A stretch of 64,000 nt of DNA from Diplonema japonicum (lineage: Eukaryota > Protista > Euglenozoa: Diplonemea), in assembly GCA_964019335.1 (NCBI GenBank), contig OZ025655.1, forward strand, positions 248,001 through 312,000, in the 5' to 3' direction. The notes beneath the pieces were generated by a model, which did no database searches, had not been told where the DNA came from, and was given only the letters and a program-made list of their open reading frames with translations. The translations under genes and the position numbers were made by a program. Within the stretch, counting starts at the first letter, position 1. Every line of letters starts with the position of its first letter. This document shows positions 11,510 through 22,732 of the stretch, piece by piece.

Positions 11510-12847
11510 CTAGGGTGGTACACAGTGGGTGTGGCACCCAACAGCGCCGCACACCAAGCAAGGTGTGCTGTTTAAGGAGATAGATCTCTGCACTTCTTGT
11601 ATGTCATTGTGAGCTTCTGACATCTGTTGTGCGAGGCTGGAGACCTGAGGGACACAAAGGGCAGGGACAGACACACACACTGTCTTCCCGTCCATGAGTG
11701 GGATGCCAACAGTGCTGAAGGTGGGGGGGCGCACCGGTCTGATCCGCCGTGCTGCCTTTCTTGTGCCACCTTTCAGCTGCACTTTCTGCAAGCATGACAG
11801 CGTGGTCTCGATTGTTTGCAGGCCGCTCCCCTCCGCCACCCCTATGTGGTACACACCATCTACAACGCGCAAGACAACACCACTCTTGCCGTGCTCTACC
11901 GTCACGTAGTCGCCTACTTCTATTGTGTGGTCAACACCTTTCGTCGGCGTGCCGTTCGTTGGTTTTCTACTCTTGCTGGCGAGTCCTAGATCAGAAAGTG
12001 CTACTTCCCTTGTCTCAAAACACCCGTTTTTCATGAAACCCACACGGCACATGCTGCCCTCCATAAGAAGCACGGCACCTTCGCTATTATCCAGCATTCG
12101 CACCCTGCTACCCACTTCAATGGCACTGGATGCAACTGGATGGTTGGAAAAGTTGAAAGTGGGACGGGGCAGCCCCTTGTCATCTGGGCGCAGTGCTTCC
12201 TCCTCTTTTTCTAATCGAGATGTTTCGCTATCCACCTGAATAGGCTCCTGAGAGGGCTGGTGGGGTATTTCGTTGTCCGCTTCAACGTCGCATTCACGCG
12301 GTGTTTCGTTATCCACCTCAAAGGGCTCCTGGGAGGGCTGGGATATTTCGTTATCAACCGTATGAAGTGCCTGGCGTTCAGAGGCAAGAGGGGACTCAGC
12401 CGCAGAAGCTGCTGATTTGAGAGACATATTGGAGGTTCTTGCATCTTCCAGTTCGTACACAAGCTCCTTCGACTCCATTTCCAATATCTCCGTCTCTGCA
12501 CGCAGCGCGTCCTCCTCTTCTTCTAATTGCAAAAATGCTGTTTCTGCCTCCTCCACCAGAGCCTCAAGTTCCTTGTTTTCATCATCTCCAGGCAGGGCTT
12601 TTTTCTCGGTTCCCTCCTCTTCTTCCTCCTCTTTCTCTTCTTCCTTCTCTTTGGTCCCGTCTTGATTCACCTTCTCTGCGTCAGGCAGCGACTTCGGATC
12701 TTTCAAGAGTTCAGCGTCCTTTGGCTCCAGTGCATCCTTTAAACGCTTTTCTGTCAACTCCCTTGCTGCTTCCTTTTCCTTGTGGGGTGTACTTATGGTT
12801 ACCTCGTCATCTGAGTCGCTATGCCCCTTCGCCGCACAGCATCCCAT
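11510..12847 (-). CDS. Putatively N-acylated (MGCC) protein with acidic coiled coil and two KOW/SH3-like repeats
   Basis: MGCCAAK N-terminus; IEVGSRVRM..EGAVL and IEVGDYVTV..SGVVL repeats. Probable in-frame 36-nt intron 11680-11645 (GTGTGT..CCTCAG). Confidence 0.7.
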   Translation of the reverse strand: MGCCAAKGHSDSDDEVTISTPHKEKEAARELTEKRLKDALEPKDAELLKDPKSLPDAEKVNQDGTKEKEEEKEEEEEEGTEKKALPGDDENKELEALVEEAETAFLQLEEEEDALRAETEILEMESKELVYELEDARTSNMSLKSAASAAESPLASERQALHTVDNEISQPSQEPFEVDNETPRECDVEADNEIPHQPSQEPIQVDSETSRLEKEEEALRPDDKGLPRPTFNFSNHPVASSAIEVGSRVRMLDNSEGAVLLMEGSMCRVGFMKNGCFETREVALSDLGLASKSRKPTNGTPTKGVDHTIEVGDYVTVEHGKSGVVLRVVDGVYHIGVAEGSGLQTIETTLSCLQKVQLKGGTRKAARRIRPVRPPTFSTVGIPLMDGKTVCVSVPALCVPQVSSLAQQMSEAHNDIQEVQRSISLNSTPCLVCGAVGCHTHCVPP

Positions 12848-12987
12848 GGACCCTTGGACCCTGCTCGTGAGAATTGTTAAAAAGGGGCATCCATAATCGA
12901 AAAAACAAGAGAGGAAGAGGGTGGGAAACTTTTAGCTGTATACGCGCTGTCATCGTAAGCGCATGGAAATGCGCGACGCACTTTGGA

Positions 12988-14061
12988 CTACACAACAACC
13001 GCAGGACGGGGCGCCACACGGCGAGAGGGGGGTGCTGTGGGCTGCATTGAGTGGTTGATTCTTTTTGGCTTGTTGCCTGCACGCAGTTTAGGCGCTCTTT
13101 TGGTTCGAAGCTCCTGCATGACCCTCTTTCTGTCGTAGCTGTCGTCCAGCGACGCGGGCCACTGGAGGGTGTTGGTGTTCCCGTCGATGTTGCCCCCGAT
13201 TGTCGCCCTGCTGGATTTGTTTTTGAGGTACTCGGGACCGAACTGCAGGAGGAACTGTTTGATGTTGATTCTACCTTTCTTCCTGCCAGGGTCGAGCGCT
13301 TGGATCAGTGCAAGCACCTCGTACTCGGGGACCTGGTATTTATCCATGTACGGGACAGCAGAGAGGAACTCCTTGTGCGTCAACCACATTCCGTCTTTGG
13401 AGAACTTCTTGAGCTTCTCCTCAAGCTGCGCTTTTCTTTGCGAATGGAAATCCTGGATGATTGCTGTCATGTGATCGGCGTCGGACGTCACGGCGAAAGG
13501 TGGGCCTTCGTAAGAGTAGCCCAAAGGGGTGACTACTGAACCCGTGGTGGCTTTTTGAATGGTGGGGTCCATGATGCCGGCTGCTTTATACCTAGTCTGG
13601 TCAAGTTTCGGGTGCTGCCGTTCTACAGAAGCAAACAGTGCATCAAGGGTTACCTTCCCATCTGTTGCGGCCTGTTGGCAGATTGACTGCACAGACAGAG
13701 CGTCCCTTTGGGGGTTCAGTGTTAACTCGTTCATCACTCCTCTGATCACCATATCGACGGTGAGCCAGCCCTGTCTTTGAACATCGTGCTTTCTGTAAAT
13801 ACGTCGCAGGTCCTCCTTATTCTCAGACAGCAGCGTTCTCACCAGCTCTGTATTTTTCTGCACTGGTGGTTTCGGCACCTTCTGCGTGACGAAGTTGGCC
13901 CTTGGCGTGTTTTCCAACCTTGGAGTCTCTAATACCGAACTCTCCCTTCCTCCCCCTCCAGAACAGTGGGCCTCTCTCAATCCAATCTGAAGAGAAGATT
14001 TTGTTTTCTTTTTTTTTGGGGGGGGGAATGGTCATACCTCAATAGGTGGTAATTCGCTCAT
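12988..14061 (-). CDS. EF-hand-like protein
   Basis: Exons 14061-14038 (MSELPPIE) and 13986-12988, 51-nt GTATGA..TTCAG intron. EF-like loops DVQRQGWLT, SKDGMWLTHKEF, DPGRKKGRINIKQF. Confidence 0.7.
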
Positions 14062-14475
14062 CCCTTTTTTCTTTTATTTTTCTTTTTATTTTTCTTTGAA
14101 AAAGAAAAGGGAAAAAGGACAAGTTCGAAAGTTACCGCTGTATCTTTCTTCGTTTATTTCTTTTTTTTTTTTGTGTTTCTGCTTCCCCCCCTCCCGTTCT
14201 TAACCTGTGAGGTAAGGTGACGTCCTGTGAAGCAAAGAAGAAAAACGTACCGAGACTACCAAGAGAAACATAGGGCAGAGGGGAAAAAAAAAGTGCCAAA
14301 AAAAAAAACCTTTCGGCTCGGGGAGGGGAATATTCTAAGAAAAATAAGTTTACAATAAAAATAATAACTAGCCGTCAATAGAGATTTAAAAAAAAAAAAA
14401 ATACCCACAACTCCGTACTCAACTATCTCTGGGGGGAGGGGGGGGAAAGAATCTATTTCCAGCGAGCTGTGTGTA

Positions 14476-17400
14476 CTAAAATGTAACAGAGGAACACGGT
14501 GTACAGTTCCGCTTCGGAACTAAACCTTCAGAAGACGCTGAAGCTATGCTACTGTAAGGGGTCACCTTTTTCTGATTGCGGAAATTGTTGATGGAGAGGT
14601 ACTCGGAAAGGGGTGCTCGAAGATCAGTCCCAAGGGCAGCCACCACGTCAGCAATCGCAGCCTCTGCCTGCTTCCCAGTACCGCTTATGCTTTCAACAGG
14701 GACGGCGGGCTTCTTCTTAGGCGGAGCATTAATTCCTTCAATGTCTACCCTTTGAGTGAAACTGCCTGCTCTGTAACATCGTAAAAGCCGTTCCTTCAAC
14801 CATCCGTCTCTATCACGCACCACCCAGGCCTTTGTTATCTCCATCTGTCTCTGTGTCGCACAGCTAAAATAATTCTCGTTAAAACCTGTAGGGATGGATA
14901 ATCTTTTTTTTTCCTCTTGAAAGAGCATACGCGGATACTGTACCAAAACGGTGTCCAAGCTTTGCTCCAGAAGTCTTTCGAAATCAAAATCGTCCGTCAG
15001 ACCTTCTGTTGAAAAACCGTTTCCGTAAGCCACAGGCGATTTCTCCTCCCTTACATGGTTGTACATTGGACCCTTGATAACGTAATCCCTGTCCCGCTCT
15101 GCAGCGAGGGCCTCTCTGTAGCACAGCTGGATTTCTCGCTCGCGCAGTTCTTCAAGCTGGCCGGCTTGCTTATGTCTGTTTTGTTGCTTTCTCCTTTTGT
15201 TGAGGTTTTGTACATACTTCGCGTAGCTGCCGACTGTTTCTGCTTTCTTCTTCTGTAGCTGTTTCTCAAACTCTTCCTCTCGTCTTTTCTTCTCTTCCGT
15301 CCACCTTGCCTCTTCCTCTTCTAGCTTCTGCTGCAATTTGCGTTGTTCCTCTTTACGTTGAGATTCATCGGCCTGTTCTTGCTCTTTTCGCTTTGTGCGT
15401 AGCACTTCTTCCTCTTCTTTCAGTCTTTGGAGCCTTTGCTTGAAGCCGCCCTCCTCTTCTTGTATTTGCTGTTGCAAGAGCTGTTTCTTCCTGTCCAGGT
15501 CTTCTTTTTCCTGCTGGAACTGCTTTCGCCGTCTCGATTCTTCTTCCTCGAGTTCTCGTTGAGCCCGTTGCTTCTTTTTTCGTTCTTCTTCTTCCTCCTC
15601 CCGAAGGCGCTGTTTTTGTTTTCTGTCTTCTTCTATTTCACGCTTCCAGTCCTCTTGTTGCTTCCGCCGTTTGTGGTCTTCTTCGTCCCTCTTTCTGTTC
15701 CATTCCTCTTCGATTTGCTGTCTTTTGCGTTCCTCCTCTTCCCGGCGTTTTTGCCACTCGTCTTCCTCCTGCCTTCTCTTTCGCTCGGCATCGTCCTGTT
15801 GCAGCCTGTGTTGTCTCTCTTGCTCTTCCCATTGATGCCTCCGCTCGGACTCTTCCTTATCTTGTCGCCTTCGGGCTTCTTCTTCATCCTCTCTGCGGCG
15901 ATCTTCCTCCATTCGACGACTTATGCGGATATCTTCTTCTTCTTTCCTGAGCTGCTCCATCCGTTTCCTGTCCGCTTTCACACGCTCTTCTTCTTCTTTC
16001 TCTCGTGCTCGTTGCCTTTTCATTCTGTGTTCTTCTTCCTCTTGTTCACGCTTCTGCTTTCGTCTGTCTTCTTCTCTTTCCCATTCATTTTGCTCTCGTT
16101 TACTTTCCTCTCTCTCTCGCTCTCTCCGGAGCTCGTCTTCCTTGCGGTCTCTCTCTCTTGCCCGCTCCCGTTCTACCCTAGCCTTCTCCTCGCTGAGCCT
16201 AGCGTCACGCGCCCTTTCTCGATCACGTTTTTCTTCTCGTTCTCTTTCCCTTGCAGCCTGTTCTGTCTCCTTTCTGATGTGGTCCATTGCTGCTTCATGC
16301 TCCCTTTCACGCTCTTTCTTTTTACGTGCTTCTTCTTCTTTTGCTCTTCGTCTTAGCTTCGGGCTGGCTTTCTCCGAGTTCTTAAAGCTTCCATCCGAGG
16401 AACTGTACCCGTTGTCCCTGACTGCAGCTCTGCCCTTGCGCTGGGGTTCTTTAGGATTGGGTTCGTAAAAAAGCCTTTTTTGCGTCGGCTGCAGCCTCAC
16501 TTCTTCCGTGTCACTGAACCTATTTGTTCGTAGAGTGTCGCCCAATGAAGATACCTCGGTCCGCCGCTCGTCTTCTACTTCTTCTTGCCTCTTTGAGGTT
16601 GGGCTTGACTTCTCGATATAGGACGCAAGAAGCTGCTTTGCAAGCAGCTTGTTCAATGCGTTTGCCTTCTCAGCAGGGAGTTGGGACTGGTAGAATGAGA
16701 TGAGCTTGTCGGCGGACTTAGAAGGGTGCGGTCCGTCTGTGTGCTGCAGGATGCTCTGCACCTCACCGTCACCGCACATAGTGCGCATGAGCGCCTCGGG
16801 GTCAGCGTTAGCATCGGGGAGGGAGTTGTTCAGCTCCTGCAGGAACCTCTGAGGTGACTTCGTGTGTGTCGCCTCTGGGTCCTCTAAGATCTGTTCAAAG
16901 CGAGGCAGCACTTTATTCAGCACTGGTCTAGTGAAAGTATCCTTCGGGGGTGCGGGAGTAGTTCGCATGTACGGCGTGCTGTACCCCTTCCCCAAGCCGA
17001 GGGGTACAGGTGCAGGGTTCGTGAACGACGTTCGTGTCTTCACGGGCTCTGGAGGGTACGTCACCTGCGACGCGGAGTCCTTCCCTTTCAACCTCAATGA
17101 GGTTGGAGCAACCTGCCTCACAACAGCCGGCTGAGGCATCACCATCTGCTGCAACGTGCTGATGAGGTCCTGCTTCCTGTCGCACTGCAGCAGCAGGTCG
17201 TTGTCATTCGTGTCGAGCTGCACCCCTAAGCGCATCCCGTCGCAGTCATAGAGCTTGCTGATGCACTCCAAGGGTACGCACCTGCTGACCTCCCCTTGCG
17301 GCGTGCAGATGTACATAGACTTGTCCGTGACGATGATGACACAGTCCTCCGGAGACTCGACATGCGATGGGTACGTGGCGCCTTCGTTGAAGAACTGGAC

Positions 17401-18606
17401 AGGCTTGTTCTGGAAGAAAGAGAAGGCAGGAGAGTACTCACGTGGGACACACGCTGGTGAAGGAGGCGGCGCAGGGTTGGGACTTGTCCCGGCTATGCGG
17501 ACGCCGTCGAGGTTCTTGAGCCACAAAGGCTGCGGCTGTGGCTTTGTGAAAGAGACAGCTTGCACGACGGGTATCCGCAAAGGAGGGATAGAGCTGTCAG
17601 ATTGCACCGAAGGCTGCCTCTCGATATCTGCGGGGTTGCTGACGGCCACTGGGGCATGCTCATAACTTGTGAGACCCAGCATGGCGTTGCCGTGTCCAGC
17701 ACTCGGCCCTTGTGCAGAGGCAAACGGTGCCAACACTAACGTGGCTTGCATTCCTTGATGTGCCAGCCGCTTGCTGTTGGCAGCGGAAATGTCAGCACCC
17801 GACTTGATGTCGGTGGTGTCATACTTCAGCAACACGCCAGGAGGGACGCCCGCCTCTTGGCAGGGTCCGGGCTCGAGGTCGGTGACAAAGACGATATCGT
17901 CGGAAGCGGAGTAGGACATGCCGAGCGGCTGCCCGGGGGACTGCAGGTTGACGGTATACGCTCGTGGCGGGAGGAGCGGAGCATGCAGCAGATGGTGGGG
18001 CGTTGGGTTGGGGCGCAGGGGGGTGGGCCCACTTCCATGTTGCGATTGAGGAGCCTGCGGCTTGACAGAAGGGGAAGGGACTAGGTTGGTTAACTTTTGC
18101 CGAGGAGGGGAGTACGAGTGATCCTTGCGGAAGTTGCCGACAACGGATGGGTGTAGGTTCTTGATGTTGCCTGGAGGGGGGATGAGAAGCTTCAGCCAGG
18201 CGTCGACCTTCGGCCGGCGCACAAAGGAGAGAATATGCAGCATTTCGGTCACAGTGATGTCATTGCGCTTCCCGGGGCCAATCTTGAAGAAGAGGGTGGG
18301 CTCGTGGGCGTGTGCGAAGGGCTTGATCAGAACAGTAGTCTCTTTTCCCTCCTGCAAAACAACATGTTCTATGTCCACCAGCCTGATGACCCTTTTCACT
18401 ATTCCCCCGAGGTCTGTGAGAAGCACAAAGTCTGCATTCACAATAAACACCCTTGGCTGGAGCTTCCCTTTGCTCGTGACCTTATCTACCTCGTAGTACA
18501 GATAGTTTTTAAACCTCTCGACCTTCCATTCCCGTGCATAACCAGGCAGCGCCTTAGGCTGGTAATATTCTTTAGCAACAAGCTCTATTTCCTTGTGATT
18601 AGACAT
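14476..18606 (-). CDS. ~1376-aa protein: PH-like domain, PDZ-like domain, second PH-like domain, long E/R/K charged helix
   Basis: First ATG 18606. KVTSKGKLQPRVFIV..VKRVIRLVDI and VIIVTDKSMYIC..VSRCVPLECI are PH/TH1-like; PGQPLGMSY..VFVTDLEPGPCQEAGV is PDZ-like; ~400-aa ERK-rich tract. Confidence 0.75.
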   Translation of the reverse strand: MSNHKEIELVAKEYYQPKALPGYAREWKVERFKNYLYYEVDKVTSKGKLQPRVFIVNADFVLLTDLGGIVKRVIRLVDIEHVVLQEGKETTVLIKPFAHAHEPTLFFKIGPGKRNDITVTEMLHILSFVRRPKVDAWLKLLIPPPGNIKNLHPSVVGNFRKDHSYSPPRQKLTNLVPSPSVKPQAPQSQHGSGPTPLRPNPTPHHLLHAPLLPPRAYTVNLQSPGQPLGMSYSASDDIVFVTDLEPGPCQEAGVPPGVLLKYDTTDIKSGADISAANSKRLAHQGMQATLVLAPFASAQGPSAGHGNAMLGLTSYEHAPVAVSNPADIERQPSVQSDSSIPPLRIPVVQAVSFTKPQPQPLWLKNLDGVRIAGTSPNPAPPPSPACVPREYSPAFSFFQNKPVQFFNEGATYPSHVESPEDCVIIVTDKSMYICTPQGEVSRCVPLECISKLYDCDGMRLGVQLDTNDNDLLLQCDRKQDLISTLQQMVMPQPAVVRQVAPTSLRLKGKDSASQVTYPPEPVKTRTSFTNPAPVPLGLGKGYSTPYMRTTPAPPKDTFTRPVLNKVLPRFEQILEDPEATHTKSPQRFLQELNNSLPDANADPEALMRTMCGDGEVQSILQHTDGPHPSKSADKLISFYQSQLPAEKANALNKLLAKQLLASYIEKSSPTSKRQEEVEDERRTEVSSLGDTLRTNRFSDTEEVRLQPTQKRLFYEPNPKEPQRKGRAAVRDNGYSSSDGSFKNSEKASPKLRRRAKEEEARKKKEREREHEAAMDHIRKETEQAAREREREEKRDRERARDARLSEEKARVERERARERDRKEDELRREREREESKREQNEWEREEDRRKQKREQEEEEHRMKRQRAREKEEEERVKADRKRMEQLRKEEEDIRISRRMEEDRRREDEEEARRRQDKEESERRHQWEEQERQHRLQQDDAERKRRQEEDEWQKRREEEERKRQQIEEEWNRKRDEEDHKRRKQQEDWKREIEEDRKQKQRLREEEEEERKKKQRAQRELEEEESRRRKQFQQEKEDLDRKKQLLQQQIQEEEGGFKQRLQRLKEEEEVLRTKRKEQEQADESQRKEEQRKLQQKLEEEEARWTEEKKRREEEFEKQLQKKKAETVGSYAKYVQNLNKRRKQQNRHKQAGQLEELREREIQLCYREALAAERDRDYVIKGPMYNHVREEKSPVAYGNGFSTEGLTDDFDFERLLEQSLDTVLVQYPRMLFQEEKKRLSIPTGFNENYFSCATQRQMEITKAWVVRDRDGWLKERLLRCYRAGSFTQRVDIEGINAPPKKKPAVPVESISGTGKQAEAAIADVVAALGTDLRAPLSEYLSINNFRNQKKVTPYSSIASASSEGLVPKRNCTPCSSVTF

Positions 18607-19341
18607 GCCATGAGATGTAGCCCCTTGGGCCCTTCTCTTCCTGGGGGTGCAGTTCAGTAAAGTAAATAGTACTTCTTTTACAAAAAAAAAAAGGGAATAG
18701 GAAGGTGTATGGAACAAGAAATTAAATCAAAAAAAAAGTTTTTTGTTTTTTTTTTTCGGTTTACCCCCCGAAACACAAAAAAAGCTTCAATGAAAAGCTT
18801 GAAAAACTGAAACGGAAAAAAAAAGAGGGGGAAGCAATATTATCTTTTTTTTTTTTCTCTTCTTCTCGCAGCCCGTACATAAGGGGGTTAAAAAAAAAAA
18901 ACTCTCTTTTTTTGTGGCCGCTTCGAAGGGAAAAAATAGAAAATAAAGGAAACCTGCCCTGTCACACCAACCGCCTGAACTGACCTGAGCAAGGGCAGTT
19001 AGAAGAGAGGGTTCATGGCACCAGGTCAGCCGCTACACAATAGGAGAGGAAAATTCAAAAGGAAAAAAAGAAAGAAAAAAAAAGCTTTTAAAAAATAAAT
19101 AAAAGAATCCAGTGAGAAAAAAAAAAATACTGCAAAAACGAGGAAGAAAAAAAAATGTCCGGAAAGGGGGGAAATCCCCACGAAGCGTTTCCTTTTTTTT
19201 TTTTTCTTTTTTTGTTTTTACAGTAAAAATCTTTTTTTTTTTTTTATAAAGGGGGGAGAATGCGAACACGTCCCTTACAGGTCACTTTCGCCGTTCCCCC
19301 CCCCGTTTTTTTTTTTTTTTTTCTGCGTTCTTTTATTTTTC

Positions 19342-20019
19342 TTAAAGTCTGGACAACTTTCTCGAATCGATTTTGCTCTTAAAAAGCTTCATTCGAGTCC
19401 TCTTCCCAACAGCATCGTCGACTTCTGGCAGAGAAGGCACGGCTTTGTGCAATATTCCCTTGAGCTCATGAGATGCCTCATGTATCAGATTAGACGGCAC
19501 TTCACACTCGATTTCTGCATCGGTTTGATAGCTTCCCTTGTACTGAAATGTCGTTGTGTCCAGCTCAATGTAGATCTCAGGGCGGAGGAAAGGACCGATC
19601 ACCTCTCGTTTGTTTTCGAAAGAATCGCACAGGACTAAATTCTTTCCTTTGATGAGGTCTCTGCATTTCTGAACGAAATCTGAGTGGTAAAGGCACTCTA
19701 ATAGACCGCATCCCTTGTGTGCCTTTATCTCCATTGCTTCTGGTTTTGAGATTTTTCGTTCCTCCTCGAGTCTGCAGACGGCAGAAGACACCTGCTCGCC
19801 AGGGCCTTTGAGGGTTACCTCCCACCACTGGTTCCCTTCGCTTTCCACTTCTCTTAATCGTAAGCTGATTCCTTCCTTTGTCAATGCATCGTCTGCGTCG
19901 TAAAAATACGAAACCTGTCGCATTTCCTTCTTCACCGACATGCCCTGCTTGCCTATCAAGTACTTCTTAACGTTCCCTACCTCCTCTACAGGGATTGAAA
20001 GCTTGATCTCGATTTCCAT
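19342..20019 (-). CDS. CYTH domain (triphosphate tunnel metalloenzyme) protein
   Basis: N-terminal EIEIK signature, Q..YFYD, SLRLR, VTLKGP, IELDTT, EIECE. Confidence 0.85.
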   Translation of the reverse strand: MEIEIKLSIPVEEVGNVKKYLIGKQGMSVKKEMRQVSYFYDADDALTKEGISLRLREVESEGNQWWEVTLKGPGEQVSSAVCRLEEERKISKPEAMEIKAHKGCGLLECLYHSDFVQKCRDLIKGKNLVLCDSFENKREVIGPFLRPEIYIELDTTTFQYKGSYQTDAEIECEVPSNLIHEASHELKGILHKAVPSLPEVDDAVGKRTRMKLFKSKIDSRKLSRL

Positions 20020-20440
20020 TTTCTATTTTGTTTTTTTTCTTCTTGAAAATGAGAAGTTCACTTTTAAAAAAAAACGAAAAAAGAAAGAGGGAAGGAAGAA
20101 GAAGGTGGAAAAAAAAATGAAAAAGAGAGAGCACAGAGATGGGGTGTCTTTGACACCAGAGATTGAAGAAAGAAAATTGCAATTTCTTTTGAAAAAAAAA
20201 AAAGAGAAGGGGATAGTGTTCCCCCCCCCTTTTCTCCCATTTTTCACTTTTTCTCAAGTCTTTTTTGCTGTGATTTCTTTTTTTTCTTTTTTTTTTTTCT
20301 TGTTTTTTTTCTTTGCGCGACCCAGAGAACACAGCGGGAAGGGGGTCACCCTACCATAAGAAAATTACATGATGGCATTACGGGCTTTGATACCACACTG
20401 TGAGGGGGGCTGACGCATTTTTCAGTTTTTCTTTTTTTAT

Positions 20441-21028
20441 TTAGCAAGTTGCCGCCCAGTAGTCAGAGAGCGCCAGGGGCTGGATGTTTCCGTAGAAGTC
20501 AAGAATGTCAATCTTCTGAATGTCAAGAGTAGCTGTCATCCAGTTGTGGTCCTTGGGCCAGTTGGCCATGGCGGGGTGACGCCAGAAGAGGTACTTCTCA
20601 GGGATGGGACCAGCGGTCACGTTGGAGATGATGTCAAGGGAACCAACAAAGTGGACCTTCGCACAGTTGGGGTCCTCGGGGTCGTATGTGGCCCCGGGAG
20701 TACAGTACACGTCCTTCTCACCAACCTCGTAGAAGCCAAGGGTCACGTTGTTCCTCTTCTGAATGTCCCTCCAAATAGTGCTGAGCTCAGTGAAGTACAG
20801 GTACAGCTTCCCGCTGCAGTCAGTCCAGCTGGTCCCGTCGCTCACAGCAAGAAGGTTCGGGTAGGCCACAGAGTCGTAGGCAATGGAGCTGGTGGCAAGG
20901 ATGGTCCAGTTGCTCTCGTGCACCAACCACCTGGCGAAGTCCGCCTTGTGCGTGAAAGGGGGCCTCGGGTTGATGTAGCACTCGGCGGCAACCAGTCCCA
21001 TGAACAGCATAGCAAGAGTCTTGAACAT
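20441..21028 (-). CDS. CREG: CREG-family secreted/lysosomal split-barrel protein, copy B
   Basis: Signal peptide; ARWLVHESNW, SDG...SGKLY, DPEDPNCAK, LFWRHPAMANWPKDHNW, LDFYG are CREG hallmarks. True start at 21028 by comparison with copy A. Confidence 0.85.
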   Translation of the reverse strand: MFKTLAMLFMGLVAAECYINPRPPFTHKADFARWLVHESNWTILATSSIAYDSVAYPNLLAVSDGTSWTDCSGKLYLYFTELSTIWRDIQKRNNVTLGFYEVGEKDVYCTPGATYDPEDPNCAKVHFVGSLDIISNVTAGPIPEKYLFWRHPAMANWPKDHNWMTATLDIQKIDILDFYGNIQPLALSDYWAATC

Positions 21029-21411
21029 TTTATTCTTTTGTTGTATAATCTGGCAATGTTGAGGATGGGGTCTATTATAAGGAGGGGGGGAAAAAAAAGT
21101 ACTTTTTAAATATTTGAGATTCGGTGCGCTTGCCAAATCAGCCAAACGGAAGAAAAAGAAATTAAAAGCGAGCAAAGAGTCACGTGACTCCTGGGGTAGC
21201 TTTAACAGCACCTGACCAAATAACCTAAATATGTATAAAATAAAATAAAAAGAAGGAAAAGGAGAATAGAAAAAATAAAAGGGAGGGAAGAGAGGCGTCG
21301 GACCGGAAAACACAGCGGGAAGGGGTCACCCTACCATAAGAAAATTACATGATGGCATTACGGGCTTTGATACCACACTGTGAGGGGCCGACGCATTTTT
21401 CAGTTTTGTAT

Positions 21412-21999
21412 TTAGCAAGTTGCCGCCCAGTAGTCAGAGAGCGCCAGGGGCTGGATGTTTCCATAGAAGTCAAGAATGTCAATCTTCTGAATGTCAAGAG
21501 TAGCTGTCATCCAGTTGTGGTCCTTGGGCCAGTTGGCCATGGCGGGGTGACGCCAGAAGAGGTACTTCTCAGGGATGGGACCAGCGGTCACGTTGGAGAT
21601 GATGTCAAGGGAACCAACAAAGTGGACCTTCGCACAGTTGGGGTCCTCGGGGTCGAACCTTGCCCCGGGGGAACAGTACACGTCCTTCTCACCAACCTCG
21701 TAGAAGCCAAGGGTCACGTTGTTCCTCTTCTGAATGTCCCTCCAAACAGTGCTGAGTTCAGTGAAGTACAGGTACAGCTTCCCGCTGCAGTCAGTCCAGC
21801 TGGTCCCGTCGCTCACAGCAAGAAGGTTCGGGTAGGCCACAGAGTCGTAAGCAATGGAGCTGGTGGCAAGGATGGTCCAGTTGCTCTCGTGCACCAACCA
21901 CCTGGCGAAGTCCGCCTTGTGCGTGAAAGGGGGCCTCGGGTTGATGTAGCACTCGGCGGCAACCAGGCCCATGAACAGCATAGCAAGAGTCTTGAACAT
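21412..21999 (-). CDS. CREG: CREG-family protein, copy A
   Basis: 195 aa, 4 substitutions relative to copy B. Confidence 0.85.
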   Translation of the reverse strand: MFKTLAMLFMGLVAAECYINPRPPFTHKADFARWLVHESNWTILATSSIAYDSVAYPNLLAVSDGTSWTDCSGKLYLYFTELSTVWRDIQKRNNVTLGFYEVGEKDVYCSPGARFDPEDPNCAKVHFVGSLDIISNVTAGPIPEKYLFWRHPAMANWPKDHNWMTATLDIQKIDILDFYGNIQPLALSDYWAATC

Positions 22000-22732
22000 T
22001 TTGAGTTTTTTTTTTTATAGCTGTAAGCAATTTTGAGTGGCGGTAAGAACAATGACTAAAAAAAAAAAAAAAAAAACTATTAAAAAAAATCTTTTTTTTT
22101 TATATTTTCTTTAAAAAAAATAAAAAAATAAAACGAACACGGCTGAGGATGGGGGGAGAGGAGGGATTACAAACCAGATTTTTTCGAAGAGAAAAAAAAA
22201 AAAAAAAAAGAGAGAAAAAAAAAAACACCATTCGTTCCCCTCGCTCCCAGACATAAGGGGTCTGTGGTCGAAGTCTTTTTGATATGTAGTGCACTAATTT
22301 CTACTTGCCCACGTAATGTATTGGAGTGAGTGAGAAGGTGTTCGTAAAAAAGAATAGGCAAGTTGTTCTTTGATTATGTCTGTTAAAAACCTTTTCTTTC
22401 GCCTAATAAAGAGATTCCTTATAACGCAGCAGGTGCAAACATTCTTGTTCTCACTGTAGGGTTTGCAAAAAAAGAGCGAAGAAAAAAAGAAAAAAAAGAA
22501 GAAAGTCGGCTTGTGGCACAGCTGACTCTTTAGCAATTTTTCTTTTGCGTTTTTTTTTCCCCTTCTTTTTTCTTTGTTCAAAAAAAAGGGGGGTTATAAG
22601 AAAAAAATCTAAAAAAAAAAAAAAAGGAGGTAACTCACCTAAGAGTAAAATGAGGGAGGGGAAGGAGAAAAAAAAAAAGAGGGGGGAGGGGAATAAAAAA
22701 AAAAAGAAAACTTTTTTTTTTGTATCCCTCTA

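Larger units (their letters stand above)
20328..21999. repeat. Recent tandem duplication of CREG CDS plus ~100 nt of 3' flank
   Basis: 20328-21028 is near-identical to 21309-21999; upstream flanks differ. Confidence 0.9.
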
